A DNA stretch of 64,000 nucleotides from an uncultured Clostridia bacterium (GCA_947632605.1 CANRPX010000007.1:4882-68881), one strand, 5' to 3'; numbered from the stretch's first letter, positions 20,838-29,706 are shown. The notes: generated by a model not told the origin, from the sequence alone. Program-made: numbers and translations.

Positions 20838-21572
20838 TTGAATTTATTAAGTTTTTTTAAAAATAAAATAATAAAAATTTTTGGAAAATATTATTATAAA
20901 GATAATATATATAAATTTCCAATTTTCTATATAAAAGGTAATCAAACTTTACCACCACCATTAGATAGCATTGAAGAAGAAAAGCTTATTCAAAAATTGA
21001 TATTAAATGATAAAGATGCAAAACAAATTCTTGTTGAGAGAAACTTAAGGCTTGTAGTTTATATTGCAAAAAAATTTGAAAATACAGGAATAGATTTTGA
21101 AGATTTAATATCTATTGGTACAATAGGCCTAATGAAAGCAGTAAATACTTTTAATGTAGATAAAAATATAAAATTAGCAACTTATGCTTCTAGATGTATA
21201 GAAAATGAAATTTTAATGCAACTTAGAAGAAATACAAAAATTAAAAATGAAGTATCAATAGATGAACCATTAAATAAAGATGGAGATGGAAATGAACTTT
21301 TATTATCAGATGTTTTAGGAACAGACAATGATGTAACATCTAGAGCTATTGAAAATGAAGTTGATATGAAATTACTTAAAATTGCTATAAGTAAATTAGA
21401 TAGCAGAGAAAAATATATAATGCAACTTAGATTTGGAATTGATGGAGATGGAAAAGAAAAGACTCAAAAAGAAGTCGCAGATATGTTAGGCATTTCTCAA
21501 AGTTATATATCTAGACTTGAAAAGAAAATAATGAATAAAATGAAAAAAGAAATTATTAGTAAAACAGGATAA
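20838..21572 (+). CDS. sigE: RNA polymerase sporulation sigma factor SigE (pro-sigma-E, TTG start)
   Basis: The N-terminal pro-sequence is followed by region 2 ([11 protein letters not shown] ... [14 protein letters not shown]) and region 4 ([19 protein letters not shown]). Confidence 0.9.
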   Translation: MNLLSFFKNKIIKIFGKYYYKDNIYKFPIFYIKGNQTLPPPLDSIEEEKLIQKLILNDKDAKQILVERNLRLVVYIAKKFENTGIDFEDLISIGTIGLMKAVNTFNVDKNIKLATYASRCIENEILMQLRRNTKIKNEVSIDEPLNKDGDGNELLLSDVLGTDNDVTSRAIENEVDMKLLKIAISKLDSREKYIMQLRFGIDGDGKEKTQKEVADMLGISQSYISRLEKKIMNKMKKEIISKTG

Positions 21573-21597
21573 TTTTAGAAATAAGAAATTAGTTTTT

Positions 21598-21632
21598 GGC
21601 TAGAAACTTAAGAAAACTAGTTTCTTTTTTTG
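21598..21632 (+). terminator. Putative intrinsic terminator after sigE
   Basis: AGAAACT ... AGTTTCT hairpin including the palindrome AAACTAGTTT, then T7. Confidence 0.45.
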
Positions 21633-21720
21633 TTACAATTATATTAAAAACATTGTAATTGGAAATAATTAGATATAAAATTATTATAAAATGAGATAAT
21701 ACTATCAAATAGATATAAAA

Positions 21721-24576
21721 ATGGAGGTAGTTATTTTGGTTGGGAAAAAAGGAAAAAAAGATGAAGAACTTATCGTGGATGTTGAAGATTTTGAAAATTT
21801 TGGTAAGCTAGCAGATGATGATGAATATAAAGAAGGAGAAGTAGAAGAACCAAAAAAAATAGATAAAAAAGATTTAGAAGAAGTACCTGAAGAAGATGAT
21901 GACGAAATAATAGATGACGAAGAGGCAGATGAATATGAAGAAGTCGATGATGACGAATTTGAAGAAGTAGGCGAAGACGACGAAATAGTAGATGATGAAG
22001 AAGCAGATGAGTATGAAGAAGTAGATGACGATGAATTCGAAGAAGTAGGCGAAGATGACAAAATAGTAGATGATGAAGAAGCAGATGAGTATGAAGAAGT
22101 AGATGACGATGAATTCGAAGAAGTAGGCGAAGACGATGAGATAGTAGATGATGAAGAAGCAGAAGAATATGAAGAAGTAGATGACGATGACGAATTCGAA
22201 GAAGTAGGCGAAGACGACGAAATAGTAGATGACGAAGAAGCAGATGAGTATGAAGAAGTGGATGATGACGACGAATTCGAAGAAGTAGGCGAAGATGATG
22301 AAATAGTAGATGACAAAGAAGCAGATGAGTTTGAAGAAGTCGATGATGAAGATGAAATTGTAGATGATGAAGAACCAGAAGAATTCGAGGAAGTCGATGA
22401 TGAAGATGAAGTTGTAGATGATGAAGAACCAGAAGAATTCGAGGAAGTCGATGATGATGATGAAGTTGTAGATGATGAAGAACCAGAAGAATTCGAAGAA
22501 GTAGATGACGAGGATGAAGTAGAAGAAGACGAAGAACCAGAAGAGTTCGAAGAAGTCGATGATGAAGATGAAGTTGTAGATGATGAAGAACCAGAAGAAT
22601 TCGAAGAAGTCGATGATGAAGATGAAGTTGTAGAAGAGGAAGAACCAGAAGAATTTGAAGAAGTCGATGAAGAAGATGAAGTTGTAGATGATGAAGAACC
22701 AGAAGAGTTCGAAGAAGTCGATGATGAAGATGAAGTTGTAGATGATGAAGAACCAGAAGAATTCGAAGAAGTCGATGAAGAAGATGAAGTTATAGACGAT
22801 GAAGAACCAGAAGAGTTCGAAGAAGTCGATGAAGAAGATGAAGTTGTAGAAGACGAAAAACCAGAAGAGTCTGAAGAAGTAGATACTGAAGAATCAGAAG
22901 AAAATGAGGAAGCAGACGAAGAAGTTAAGGATGAGGATGCAGAAGAAGAAACTGATGAAGATTCTGAATTTGAAGAATCAGATGAAGAAGATAACGAAGA
23001 AGATGATGACGAAGATGATGAAGACGAAGATGAAGATGATGAGGAAAGTATTTATCCAGATGAATTAGTTGACTTAGAATTAGAATGTATATATATTGGT
23101 CTTCTATTCAATAATCCTAAAGCTATTTCTAGATTTTACTTTTTATTTGAAGATTGTAAGTTTTCTGATAGTGAGTTGTATAATTTATATAGAATAATTA
23201 TATTTAGAGATGGTGAAGCATACGCTCCAGCAAGTGCTAAGGATAAATTCCAATTACCAAGAGAAAATCCAAGAACTTATGATTTAAAATACAAAGTTAG
23301 AAAAATGGCAATTGCAAAAAATTATGACTTAGAAAAAGTTTATACAGACTTAAAAAAATTATTTATATTAAAGAAGAATTATTTAATAGCTCCTACATCA
23401 GCAATACAACAACAAATTCTTGATATACAAAATTATGATTTGTATGATAGTATGACTGTTGAAGAAGTTGAGAGTGCATTAGAGCAAATTACTGTTACAA
23501 CTGGATTGAGTAGAGCAATATTAAATGAAAATGCAACAAGTTTCTTATTAGCAGATGACAATGAATTAAGCAATGGTATATCATTACCATTCCCAACTTT
23601 AACAACCGTGTTTAAAGGTATTAGAAAAGGAGAAACAATGACTTATGCAATGCCTTCAAACTCTGGTAAAAGTAGGTTTACAATTGAACTTGCTTGCTAT
23701 ATAGCATTTATTCATAAGAAAAAAGTATTAGTTATATCAAACGAAATGTCTCAAGAGAAAATGAGATTATGTATGATAACTACAATTTTAAATAATCCAG
23801 AAATTCAAAAACTTCACAAACAAAATATTCGCAAAACAGAGGGAGAATTACTAGAATTAAAATTTAGACCAGATGAAAACAAAAAAGTAAAATGTGATGA
23901 AGAAGGATTTATCTTAAGAAAAGATGGAGAAAATATAGAAGAGTTTGTTAAAAGACTAGAAAAAAATTCTAAAGAATTTAGACAAACAATTGCAGCAACT
24001 GAATGGCTAAATACACAACTAAATAACTCAATCTACTTTATTCACATAACAGAACATTCAAATGATGATTTAAAGAAAATTATAATGAATTATTATTATA
24101 AAGAAGCAATAGAATATATTTTCTACGATACTTTAAAAGCAGATACAGAAAATATTGGTAACGGAAACGAGATTAAGAAAACTGCAACAATACTTTCAAA
24201 TTTAGCACAGAAATTTAAAATGTGGATTGGTTCATCAATGCAATTATTGGAAAGTAGTACATTACCAGTAAATTTAACTATTAATGATATGTCTGCTAGC
24301 AAAACAGTAAAAGAAGTATTAGATACTTTATGTTTAATAAAACAAATAAGTAGACAATCTTTATATAAATATGAATATGCAGATACTGATCAATTTGAAA
24401 ATTGTCATGATATTGAAGTACCAAAAGATACAGATGTTAGATTTTATGCTTGTGTTGTAGATAAGAACAGAGCTGGTGCAAAACCAACATTGTTATTTAG
24501 ATTAAACTTAGCTTATAATGAATGGGAAGAAATGGGTCATTTAAGATTAAAACAGTCTGAAATAGAAGAAGATTAG
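21721..24576 (+). CDS. Poly-acidic tandem-repeat protein fused to a divergent DnaB-family helicase domain (alternative start TTG 21736)
   Basis: Residues about 60-440 are more than 70% D/E in tandem repeats. Residues about 440-950 show a DnaB-like N-domain pattern (ELECIYIGLLFNNPKAISRFYFLFED), a Walker A (AMPSNSGKSRFTIELACYIA), the SNEMS motif, a Walker B (IFYDTL) and a C-terminal VVDKNRAGAKPTLLFRL resembling DnaB IIAKQRNGPTG. Confidence 0.55.
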   Translation: MEVVILVGKKGKKDEELIVDVEDFENFGKLADDDEYKEGEVEEPKKIDKKDLEEVPEEDDDEIIDDEEADEYEEVDDDEFEEVGEDDEIVDDEEADEYEEVDDDEFEEVGEDDKIVDDEEADEYEEVDDDEFEEVGEDDEIVDDEEAEEYEEVDDDDEFEEVGEDDEIVDDEEADEYEEVDDDDEFEEVGEDDEIVDDKEADEFEEVDDEDEIVDDEEPEEFEEVDDEDEVVDDEEPEEFEEVDDDDEVVDDEEPEEFEEVDDEDEVEEDEEPEEFEEVDDEDEVVDDEEPEEFEEVDDEDEVVEEEEPEEFEEVDEEDEVVDDEEPEEFEEVDDEDEVVDDEEPEEFEEVDEEDEVIDDEEPEEFEEVDEEDEVVEDEKPEESEEVDTEESEENEEADEEVKDEDAEEETDEDSEFEESDEEDNEEDDDEDDEDEDEDDEESIYPDELVDLELECIYIGLLFNNPKAISRFYFLFEDCKFSDSELYNLYRIIIFRDGEAYAPASAKDKFQLPRENPRTYDLKYKVRKMAIAKNYDLEKVYTDLKKLFILKKNYLIAPTSAIQQQILDIQNYDLYDSMTVEEVESALEQITVTTGLSRAILNENATSFLLADDNELSNGISLPFPTLTTVFKGIRKGETMTYAMPSNSGKSRFTIELACYIAFIHKKKVLVISNEMSQEKMRLCMITTILNNPEIQKLHKQNIRKTEGELLELKFRPDENKKVKCDEEGFILRKDGENIEEFVKRLEKNSKEFRQTIAATEWLNTQLNNSIYFIHITEHSNDDLKKIIMNYYYKEAIEYIFYDTLKADTENIGNGNEIKKTATILSNLAQKFKMWIGSSMQLLESSTLPVNLTINDMSASKTVKEVLDTLCLIKQISRQSLYKYEYADTDQFENCHDIEVPKDTDVRFYACVVDKNRAGAKPTLLFRLNLAYNEWEEMGHLRLKQSEIEED
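21895..22870 (+). repeat. In-frame coding tandem repeat array: about 5 copies of a 78-nt unit, then about 11 copies of a 54-nt unit
   Basis: Direct reading of near-identical units (gaaatagtagatgatgaagaagcagatgagtatgaagaagtagatgacgatgaattcgaagaagtaggcgaagacgac, then gaagaaccagaagaattcgaggaagtcgatgatgaagatgaagttgtagatgat). Confidence 0.9.
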
Positions 24577-24651
24577 GCTAAAAATAGTATAAAAAACCTT
24601 CTTTGTGGAAATAATGTAAATAACGTTATTTTCATAAAGGAGGTTTTTAAT

Positions 24652-25425
24652 TTGATTAATAGAGTAGAAATTGCAAATGTAAATACCTCTAAATTACAAG
24701 TTTTATCACAAGAAGAAACAAAAGAATTATTCAAAAAAATGCATGAAGGAGATAAAGATGCAAGAGAAAAATTAATAAATGGAAATTTAAGATTAGTTTT
24801 AAGTGTAATTCAGAGATTTTGTGGAAGAGGTGAAAATGCAGATGACCTTTTTCAAGTGGGATGTGTAGGATTAATAAAAGCAATAGATAATTTTGATACT
24901 AGTTTAGATATTCAACTTTCAACTTATGGTGTTCCAATGATAATTGGAGAAGTTAGAAGATATTTAAGAGATAATAATATGGTGAGAGTTAGCAGATCTG
25001 TAAGAGATTTAGCATATAAAGTATTACAAGAAAAAGAAAAACTTACTAGACAAAACGGAAAAGAACCAACTGTTGAAGAATTAGCAAAGGAATTACAAGT
25101 AGAAAAAGAAGAAATAGTTCTTAGTTTAGATGCAATACAAGATCCAGTATCATTACAAGAACCAGTTTATAATGATGGTGCAGATAATTTATCAATAATG
25201 GATCAAGTAAGTGATAAGAAAAATACAGATGAATTATGGGCTGAAAAAATAACAATGAATGAAGCATTAAAAAAATTAAATGATAAAGAAAGAATGATAA
25301 TAGATAAAAGATTTTTTATGGGAAGAACTCAAATGGAAGTAGCAGATGAAATAGGAATTTCACAAGCTCAAGTATCAAGACTAGAAAAAACAGCAATAGA
25401 TCATATAAGACGACTATATAAATAA
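24652..25425 (+). CDS. sigG: RNA polymerase sporulation sigma factor SigG (TTG start)
   Basis: Region 2.x reads LRLVLSVIQRF ... DLFQVGCVGLIKAIDNFD and region 4 reads QMEVADEIGISQAQVSRLE. RBS AAGGAGG. Its position after sigE is as expected. Confidence 0.9.
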   Translation: MINRVEIANVNTSKLQVLSQEETKELFKKMHEGDKDAREKLINGNLRLVLSVIQRFCGRGENADDLFQVGCVGLIKAIDNFDTSLDIQLSTYGVPMIIGEVRRYLRDNNMVRVSRSVRDLAYKVLQEKEKLTRQNGKEPTVEELAKELQVEKEEIVLSLDAIQDPVSLQEPVYNDGADNLSIMDQVSDKKNTDELWAEKITMNEALKKLNDKERMIIDKRFFMGRTQMEVADEIGISQAQVSRLEKTAIDHIRRLYK

Positions 25426-25427
25426 TT

Positions 25428-25664
25428 TTAAATATCAACTAAAATAATTTCATCTCCAATTACTCTAATTGAAGACCATGGAATTGTAATTTCATTTCCA
25501 GTAGAAAAAATATTGAAAAATTTATTATTTCCAGGAACTATAATATTTGTTATAGTTCCTGTTTCAAAATCAGCAGTAACATCTTGAACAAATCCAAGTT
25601 TTTTTGCATCTCTAATATTTATAACTTCTTTATGTTTAAAATCTAATCCTTTTTTATCATACAT
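25428..25664 (-). CDS. ylmC: YlmC/YmxH family sporulation protein (PRC-barrel)
   Basis: 78 aa, starting MYDKKGLDFKHKEVINIRDAKKLGFVQDV, which is the conserved YlmC/YmxH signature. It is convergent with sigG. Confidence 0.8.
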   Translation of the reverse strand: MYDKKGLDFKHKEVINIRDAKKLGFVQDVTADFETGTITNIIVPGNNKFFNIFSTGNEITIPWSSIRVIGDEIILVDI

Positions 25665-25782
25665 AAGTCTTTAATCTCCTTAAACTATATTTATGCTTAA
25701 AATTGATAAAAAATACTAAATATGATATAATTAAGAGAGGGAGTTTTTAAAACTTACCAAACAAAGAAAGAGGGTTACACAC

Positions 25783-26067
25783 ATGATCAAGCGAGCACTA
25801 GTCCGGACAGTTTCTACCATGATCGTCATCAGCATCACCGCGTTTGTGGGATACTTCGTCTGCAAGGGCATCGACATCGTTGTCTCTGCGTGTATGAAGT
25901 GGATCTCTATGGCGTGGAACGGAGTCAGAAATGACTACATGACACTCGTTATCCTCATCGCAATCCTGTTTATCGGTTCTCTGGTTTGGGAGTGCTTAAA
26001 GCCTCTGGTTCACAGAAAGATGGAAGAGCACCGCTGGAGAAAGCAAATGAAAACGGGAAAGAACTAA
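25783..26067 (+). CDS. Small two-TM membrane protein (94 aa) encoded on an island of about 50% GC. Foreign or recently acquired; function unknown.
   Basis: An RBS AGAGGG sits 8 nt before the ATG. Two hydrophobic helices are followed by a basic C-terminal tail (HRKMEEHRWRKQMKTGKN). A GC-rich hairpin follows. GC and codon usage differ sharply from the flanks. Confidence 0.5.
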   Translation: MIKRALVRTVSTMIVISITAFVGYFVCKGIDIVVSACMKWISMAWNGVRNDYMTLVILIAILFIGSLVWECLKPLVHRKMEEHRWRKQMKTGKN

Positions 26068-26078
26068 GTACCCCCGAG

Positions 26079-26107
26079 GAGCTGGCAAGCAATTGAGCCA
26101 GCTCTTT
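26079..26107 (+). terminator. GC-rich stem-loop after the island ORF (weak intrinsic terminator, short T-tract)
   Basis: GAGCTGGC-AAGCAATTGA-GCCAGCTC, a perfect 8-bp stem followed by TTT. Confidence 0.45.
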
Positions 26108-26173
26108 GGAATTTTTATGCATAATTTTTCTAAAAATGGAAAAGATATATAAAAATAATTTTTAGGAGATAAT

Positions 26174-26470
26174 ATGCAAACAAATAAAACTAATAATATT
26201 GTGTTTTTAAAAAACATTGAGTCTAATATTATTGAAGAAGCAATAGTAATTTTAAAGAAAAATATAAAATTACAAAATTTTGAAAATAAAGATATAAATA
26301 AAAATATTGATATATTAAAAGAAGCAGAATTAGTGGTAAATCAAAAAATAAGTTCTGAAAAAGAAGAATTTAGTAAATTTAGAATTAATAGATTAGAAAG
26401 AAAAATAAAAAAATTAAAAATACTTAATTTTATATTAATTTTTGGACTAATATTAGTTTTTATATTTTAA
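26174..26470 (+). CDS. Hypothetical coiled-coil protein with a C-terminal TM anchor
   Basis: 98-aa ORF preceded by an RBS AGGAG. The C-terminus ILNFILIFGLILVFIF is hydrophobic. Confidence 0.4.
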   Translation: MQTNKTNNIVFLKNIESNIIEEAIVILKKNIKLQNFENKDINKNIDILKEAELVVNQKISSEKEEFSKFRINRLERKIKKLKILNFILIFGLILVFIF

Positions 26471-26540
26471 GTTTTATAATACTTATCATAAACCTTTCTT
26501 ACATGAATATATTTTAAATATGTAAGAGAGGTGTTTTTTT

Positions 26541-27371
26541 GTGGAAAGAATTTTAAATGAAGATGAAAAAATAAAAAGGGCAGAAGAAATATATTTTAGA
26601 AGAAATAATCAAAATATTTCATTATTAAATAAAGAAAAACCAAAAAGCAAAAAAAGTGTAAAAGATAAATTTTTTTTACAATTAATAATTATGTTAGATA
26701 TAGCAATAATTGTATTTTGTATTCAAAATAAAGATTTCATTTTTAAAGAAGAATTTTTAAACACATTAAATGAATATAATGTTAATATAAGCTCTGGTAT
26801 AGTAAATTTTATCGGAACGTTAGTAAATTCAGAAGAAGATACTACTACTGTGAATGATTCTACAAATGAAGAAGTGGTGAACAACGTAGAAGAGAATATA
26901 GTACCAGAAAATCAAGAGATTACAGCTACTGATATTAGTAGTTCAATTAATGAAATGGATATTGATGTAGAAAATTTAAAAGCAGCTTATAGCTTAATTA
27001 ATCCAATAGAAGGTACAGTCACATCTGTTTTTGGTTCAAGAGAATCTGAAAACAAAAACGTAGAAGGTTATCATACAGGAATTGATATAGCAGCTGAAAG
27101 TGGAACAGATATAAAATCTTCTTTTGATGGAATAGTTACACTAGTTTCTAATGAAGGAGATTATGGAAAACATTTAAAAGTAAGATGTAATAATGTAACA
27201 ATGCTTTATGCACATTGTTCAAAAATTCTTGTAAAAGAAGGACAAATTGTTGGAAAAGGACAAATTATTGCAAAAGTTGGAAGCACAGGAAATAGCACAG
27301 GTCCACATTTGCACTTTGAAATACGAGTAGATGATAGATTTGTTGATCCTCTAAAAATTTTGAAAATATAG
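26541..27371 (+). CDS. Membrane-anchored M23 (LytM) peptidase-domain protein, SpoIVFA/SpoIIQ-like
   Basis: N-terminal cytoplasmic region, one TM, then an M23 domain with HxxxD (YHTGIDIA) and HxH (GPHLHFEI) intact. It lies directly upstream of an M50 protease gene. Confidence 0.7.
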   Translation: MERILNEDEKIKRAEEIYFRRNNQNISLLNKEKPKSKKSVKDKFFLQLIIMLDIAIIVFCIQNKDFIFKEEFLNTLNEYNVNISSGIVNFIGTLVNSEEDTTTVNDSTNEEVVNNVEENIVPENQEITATDISSSINEMDIDVENLKAAYSLINPIEGTVTSVFGSRESENKNVEGYHTGIDIAAESGTDIKSSFDGIVTLVSNEGDYGKHLKVRCNNVTMLYAHCSKILVKEGQIVGKGQIIAKVGSTGNSTGPHLHFEIRVDDRFVDPLKILKI

Positions 27372-27380
27372 GAAACTAAA

Positions 27381-28004
27381 ATGAAAATAGAAATTAATTT
27401 AAAAATTTTGTTAATGTTATTATTATTTTTTATTTTTAAAAATATAAATATGTATTGTATTTTTATTATATTTATTATTATACATGAAATAGCACATTTA
27501 ATAGTTGGATTAAAAATAGGTGGAATTCCTAAAAAAATGACATTAAATCCATTTGGAATTTCATTAGAATTTTATTCTTATGGAAAAAACAATTGTTTAA
27601 GTAAAATTATTTTTTATCTAATTGGTCCTATTGCCAATTTAATATGTGCTATTATATTTATAAATTTGAAAAATTATAGCTTTTATAGAGAAGAAATAAT
27701 ATATACTAATTTAGCAATATTTATGTTTAATTTAATACCAATATATCCATTAGATGGTGGAAAAATAATAAATGAAATTTTAAAAATATTTATTGATACA
27801 AGCAAATCAAATGAAATTATGATAATATTTAGTAAATTAGTTTTAGTTATTATTTCTTTTACTTACAGTATTTTTATAATAAAAATTAAGAATATAATGA
27901 TTTTATTTTTAATTTTATATTTATGGTATTTATTTATTATAGAAGAAAAGAAATATGAAATTTATAAAAAAACTAAAGATTCAGTAAGAAAAATAGTATC
28001 TTGA
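27381..28004 (+). CDS. M50 family site-2 protease, SpoIVFB-like (short form lacking a CBS domain)
   Basis: HEIAH lies in a TM helix and an LDGG motif (PIYPLDGGKI) is present. Polytopic, 207 aa. Confidence 0.6.
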   Translation: MKIEINLKILLMLLLFFIFKNINMYCIFIIFIIIHEIAHLIVGLKIGGIPKKMTLNPFGISLEFYSYGKNNCLSKIIFYLIGPIANLICAIIFINLKNYSFYREEIIYTNLAIFMFNLIPIYPLDGGKIINEILKIFIDTSKSNEIMIIFSKLVLVIISFTYSIFIIKIKNIMILFLILYLWYLFIIEEKKYEIYKKTKDSVRKIVS

Positions 28005-28064
28005 AATTGTTTAAAATTAATAGTAAACTATATTTGAAATAAGCAAAGAAGATAGGTAGTAGTT

Positions 28065-28496
28065 ATGTTAAAAAATAGAATGAATATAATAATATATGTA
28101 GTTATTTCTTTTATAATAATATTAACTATTATTTTTTATATGAAAAATAGTTTAGCAGTTAGTAGATTAAATAATATGTATAAAGACATTGAAACTTTAG
28201 AAGATGAAATTTCAATATATTATTTAAATAATTCAAACTTACCAGTAAAAAATGAAATAATTAATTTTGAAAATTCAATAAATCCTAATGATGATGAAAT
28301 ATTTTATGAAATAGATTTAAGCAAATTAGAAAATATAGATTTATCTTATGGAAATAAATATTATGGGCAAACAGATATATACATAATAAATCAGCAAAGT
28401 CATACAATATACTATTTAGAAGGAATTTCATATAACAATAGAAAAGTATATACAAGAGAAATTGATTATACTTATGTAGATACAGATAATTTTTAA
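28065..28496 (+). CDS. Hypothetical protein with an N-terminal TM anchor
   Basis: 143-aa ORF with an RBS AGGTAG upstream. No recognisable motifs. Confidence 0.4.
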   Translation: MLKNRMNIIIYVVISFIIILTIIFYMKNSLAVSRLNNMYKDIETLEDEISIYYLNNSNLPVKNEIINFENSINPNDDEIFYEIDLSKLENIDLSYGNKYYGQTDIYIINQQSHTIYYLEGISYNNRKVYTREIDYTYVDTDNF

Positions 28497-28528
28497 AAGT
28501 TCATCTAGAAAAAAGATTGTAAAAATAC

Positions 28529-28557
28529 TTGTAAAATAAAGAAAAATGTGTTAAAAT
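28529..28557 (+). promoter_or_regulatory. Sigma-A-type promoter candidate upstream of rpsF (TTGTAA-17-TAAAAT with TGn)
   Basis: Hexamers read directly, with 17-nt spacing. A perfect palindrome hairpin + T-run follows at about 28567-28603, before rpsF. Confidence 0.35.
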
Positions 28558-28647
28558 AGTCCAGTATAAAAAATAGATATATAAAGAATATATCTATTTT
28601 TTGTATCCTTACTCATATTAAAATATGGGTTTAATATCCAAAAGGAG

Positions 28648-28944
28648 GTGAAAATAATGAATAAATACGAAACAGTATTCATTATTAATCAAAATGTTGA
28701 AGATGCAGGAGTTAAAGAATTAATCCAAAAATTTTCAGACATTATTAATAGTGATGGAAAAGTTGAATCAGTAGAAGAATTAGGAAGAAAAAAATTAGCT
28801 TATGAAATCAAAAAAAATACAGAAGGAACTTATGTATTAATTAATTTTGAAGCTGCGCCAACTTTAATTCAAGAACTTGAAAGAGTATATAGAATTACAG
28901 ACGAAGTTATAAAATTCATCGTAGTAAGAAAAGATGAAGAATAA
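28648..28944 (+). CDS. rpsF: 30S ribosomal protein S6
   Basis: Starts MNKYETVFIINQNVEDAG. 98 aa. RBS AAAGGAGGTG. Confidence 0.9.
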   Translation: MKIMNKYETVFIINQNVEDAGVKELIQKFSDIINSDGKVESVEELGRKKLAYEIKKNTEGTYVLINFEAAPTLIQELERVYRITDEVIKFIVVRKDEE

Positions 28945-28952
28945 TAAGAAAG

Positions 28953-29384
28953 GTGGAAAACCAAATGAACAAAGTAATTTTAATGGGAAGATTAACAAGA
29001 GATCCTGAAGTAAGATATACTCAAACAAATAATACTTTAGTTGCTTCTTTTAGTTTAGCAGTAAATAGAAGATTTGTTAGACAAGGAGAAGAAAGACAAG
29101 CAGACTTTATTAACGTTGTAGCTTGGAGTAAAACAGGAGAATTTGTAAGCAAATACTTCAAAAAAGGTCAACAAGTTGGTATTGTAGGAAGAATTCAAAC
29201 TAGAAATTGGGATGATGAACAAGGACAAAAACACTATGTTACAGAAGTAGTTGCTGAAGAAGCATATTTTGCAGACAGTAAAAGAGATGGAGAAGCATCA
29301 GATTTTGGAAATACATTTGGAGAATCAGTTACACAAAGCACTGAATTCCAAGTTAATTCTTCTGATGATGATTTACCATTCTAA
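28953..29384 (+). CDS. ssb: Single-stranded DNA-binding protein
   Basis: OB fold (MNKVILMGRLTRDPEVRYT) and an acidic C-terminal tail DDDLPF. Confidence 0.9.
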   Translation: MENQMNKVILMGRLTRDPEVRYTQTNNTLVASFSLAVNRRFVRQGEERQADFINVVAWSKTGEFVSKYFKKGQQVGIVGRIQTRNWDDEQGQKHYVTEVVAEEAYFADSKRDGEASDFGNTFGESVTQSTEFQVNSSDDDLPF

Positions 29385-29424
29385 TTTAATAAATATATAA
29401 AGTTAGAAGATTGGAGGATTTGAA

Positions 29425-29706
29425 ATGGCTGATAAAAAACAAAATAAAAGAAATAATAGAAACAATCAAGATGATGATTTTAATCCAAAGTTTAGAAAAA
29501 TAAGAAAAAAAGTTTGTACTTTATGTAGTGATAAAAACTTTGTATTAGATTATAAAAATGCAGATCAATTAAGAAAATTTATCAATGAAAAAGGTAAAAT
29601 ATTACCAAGAAGAGCAACAGGTGCTTGCGCTAAACATCAAAGAGAAATTACAACAGCTGTTAAAAGAGCAAGACATATTGCTATTATACCATACGCAGAA
29701 GACTAG
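29425..29706 (+). CDS. rpsR: 30S ribosomal protein S18
   Basis: [23 protein letters not shown] and [14 protein letters not shown] are the S18 signature. Confidence 0.9.
   Translation: MADKKQNKRNNRNNQDDDFNPKFRKIRKKVCTLCSDKNFVLDYKNADQLRKFINEKGKILPRRATGACAKHQREITTAVKRARHIAIIPYAED

Noticed and set aside
21705-22316. 203-aa Ser-rich ORF on the minus strand
   Set aside because: It is the exact antisense of the acidic GAA/GAT repeat array (GAA/GAT read backwards gives TCx Ser codons). It has no RBS, so it is a repeat artefact.
21895-22870. CRISPR array
   Set aside because: The repeats are contiguous with no unique spacers, they are in-frame coding, and no cas genes are present.
25797-25802. SpeI site (ACTAGT) in the GC island and another at 29702 as a hint of engineered DNA
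   Set aside because: A single 6-mer is expected by chance. It is not evidence of a synthetic construct.
25783-26100. GC-rich island as a structured RNA (RNase P, tmRNA, SRP RNA, 6S)
   Set aside because: It lacks the GGAAAGTCC RNase P P4 motif, the tmRNA ends (GGGG ... TTCGA ... CCACCA) and the SRP domain IV sequence. It has a clean RBS + ORF + hairpin, so a CDS is more parsimonious. It remains testable by cmscan.
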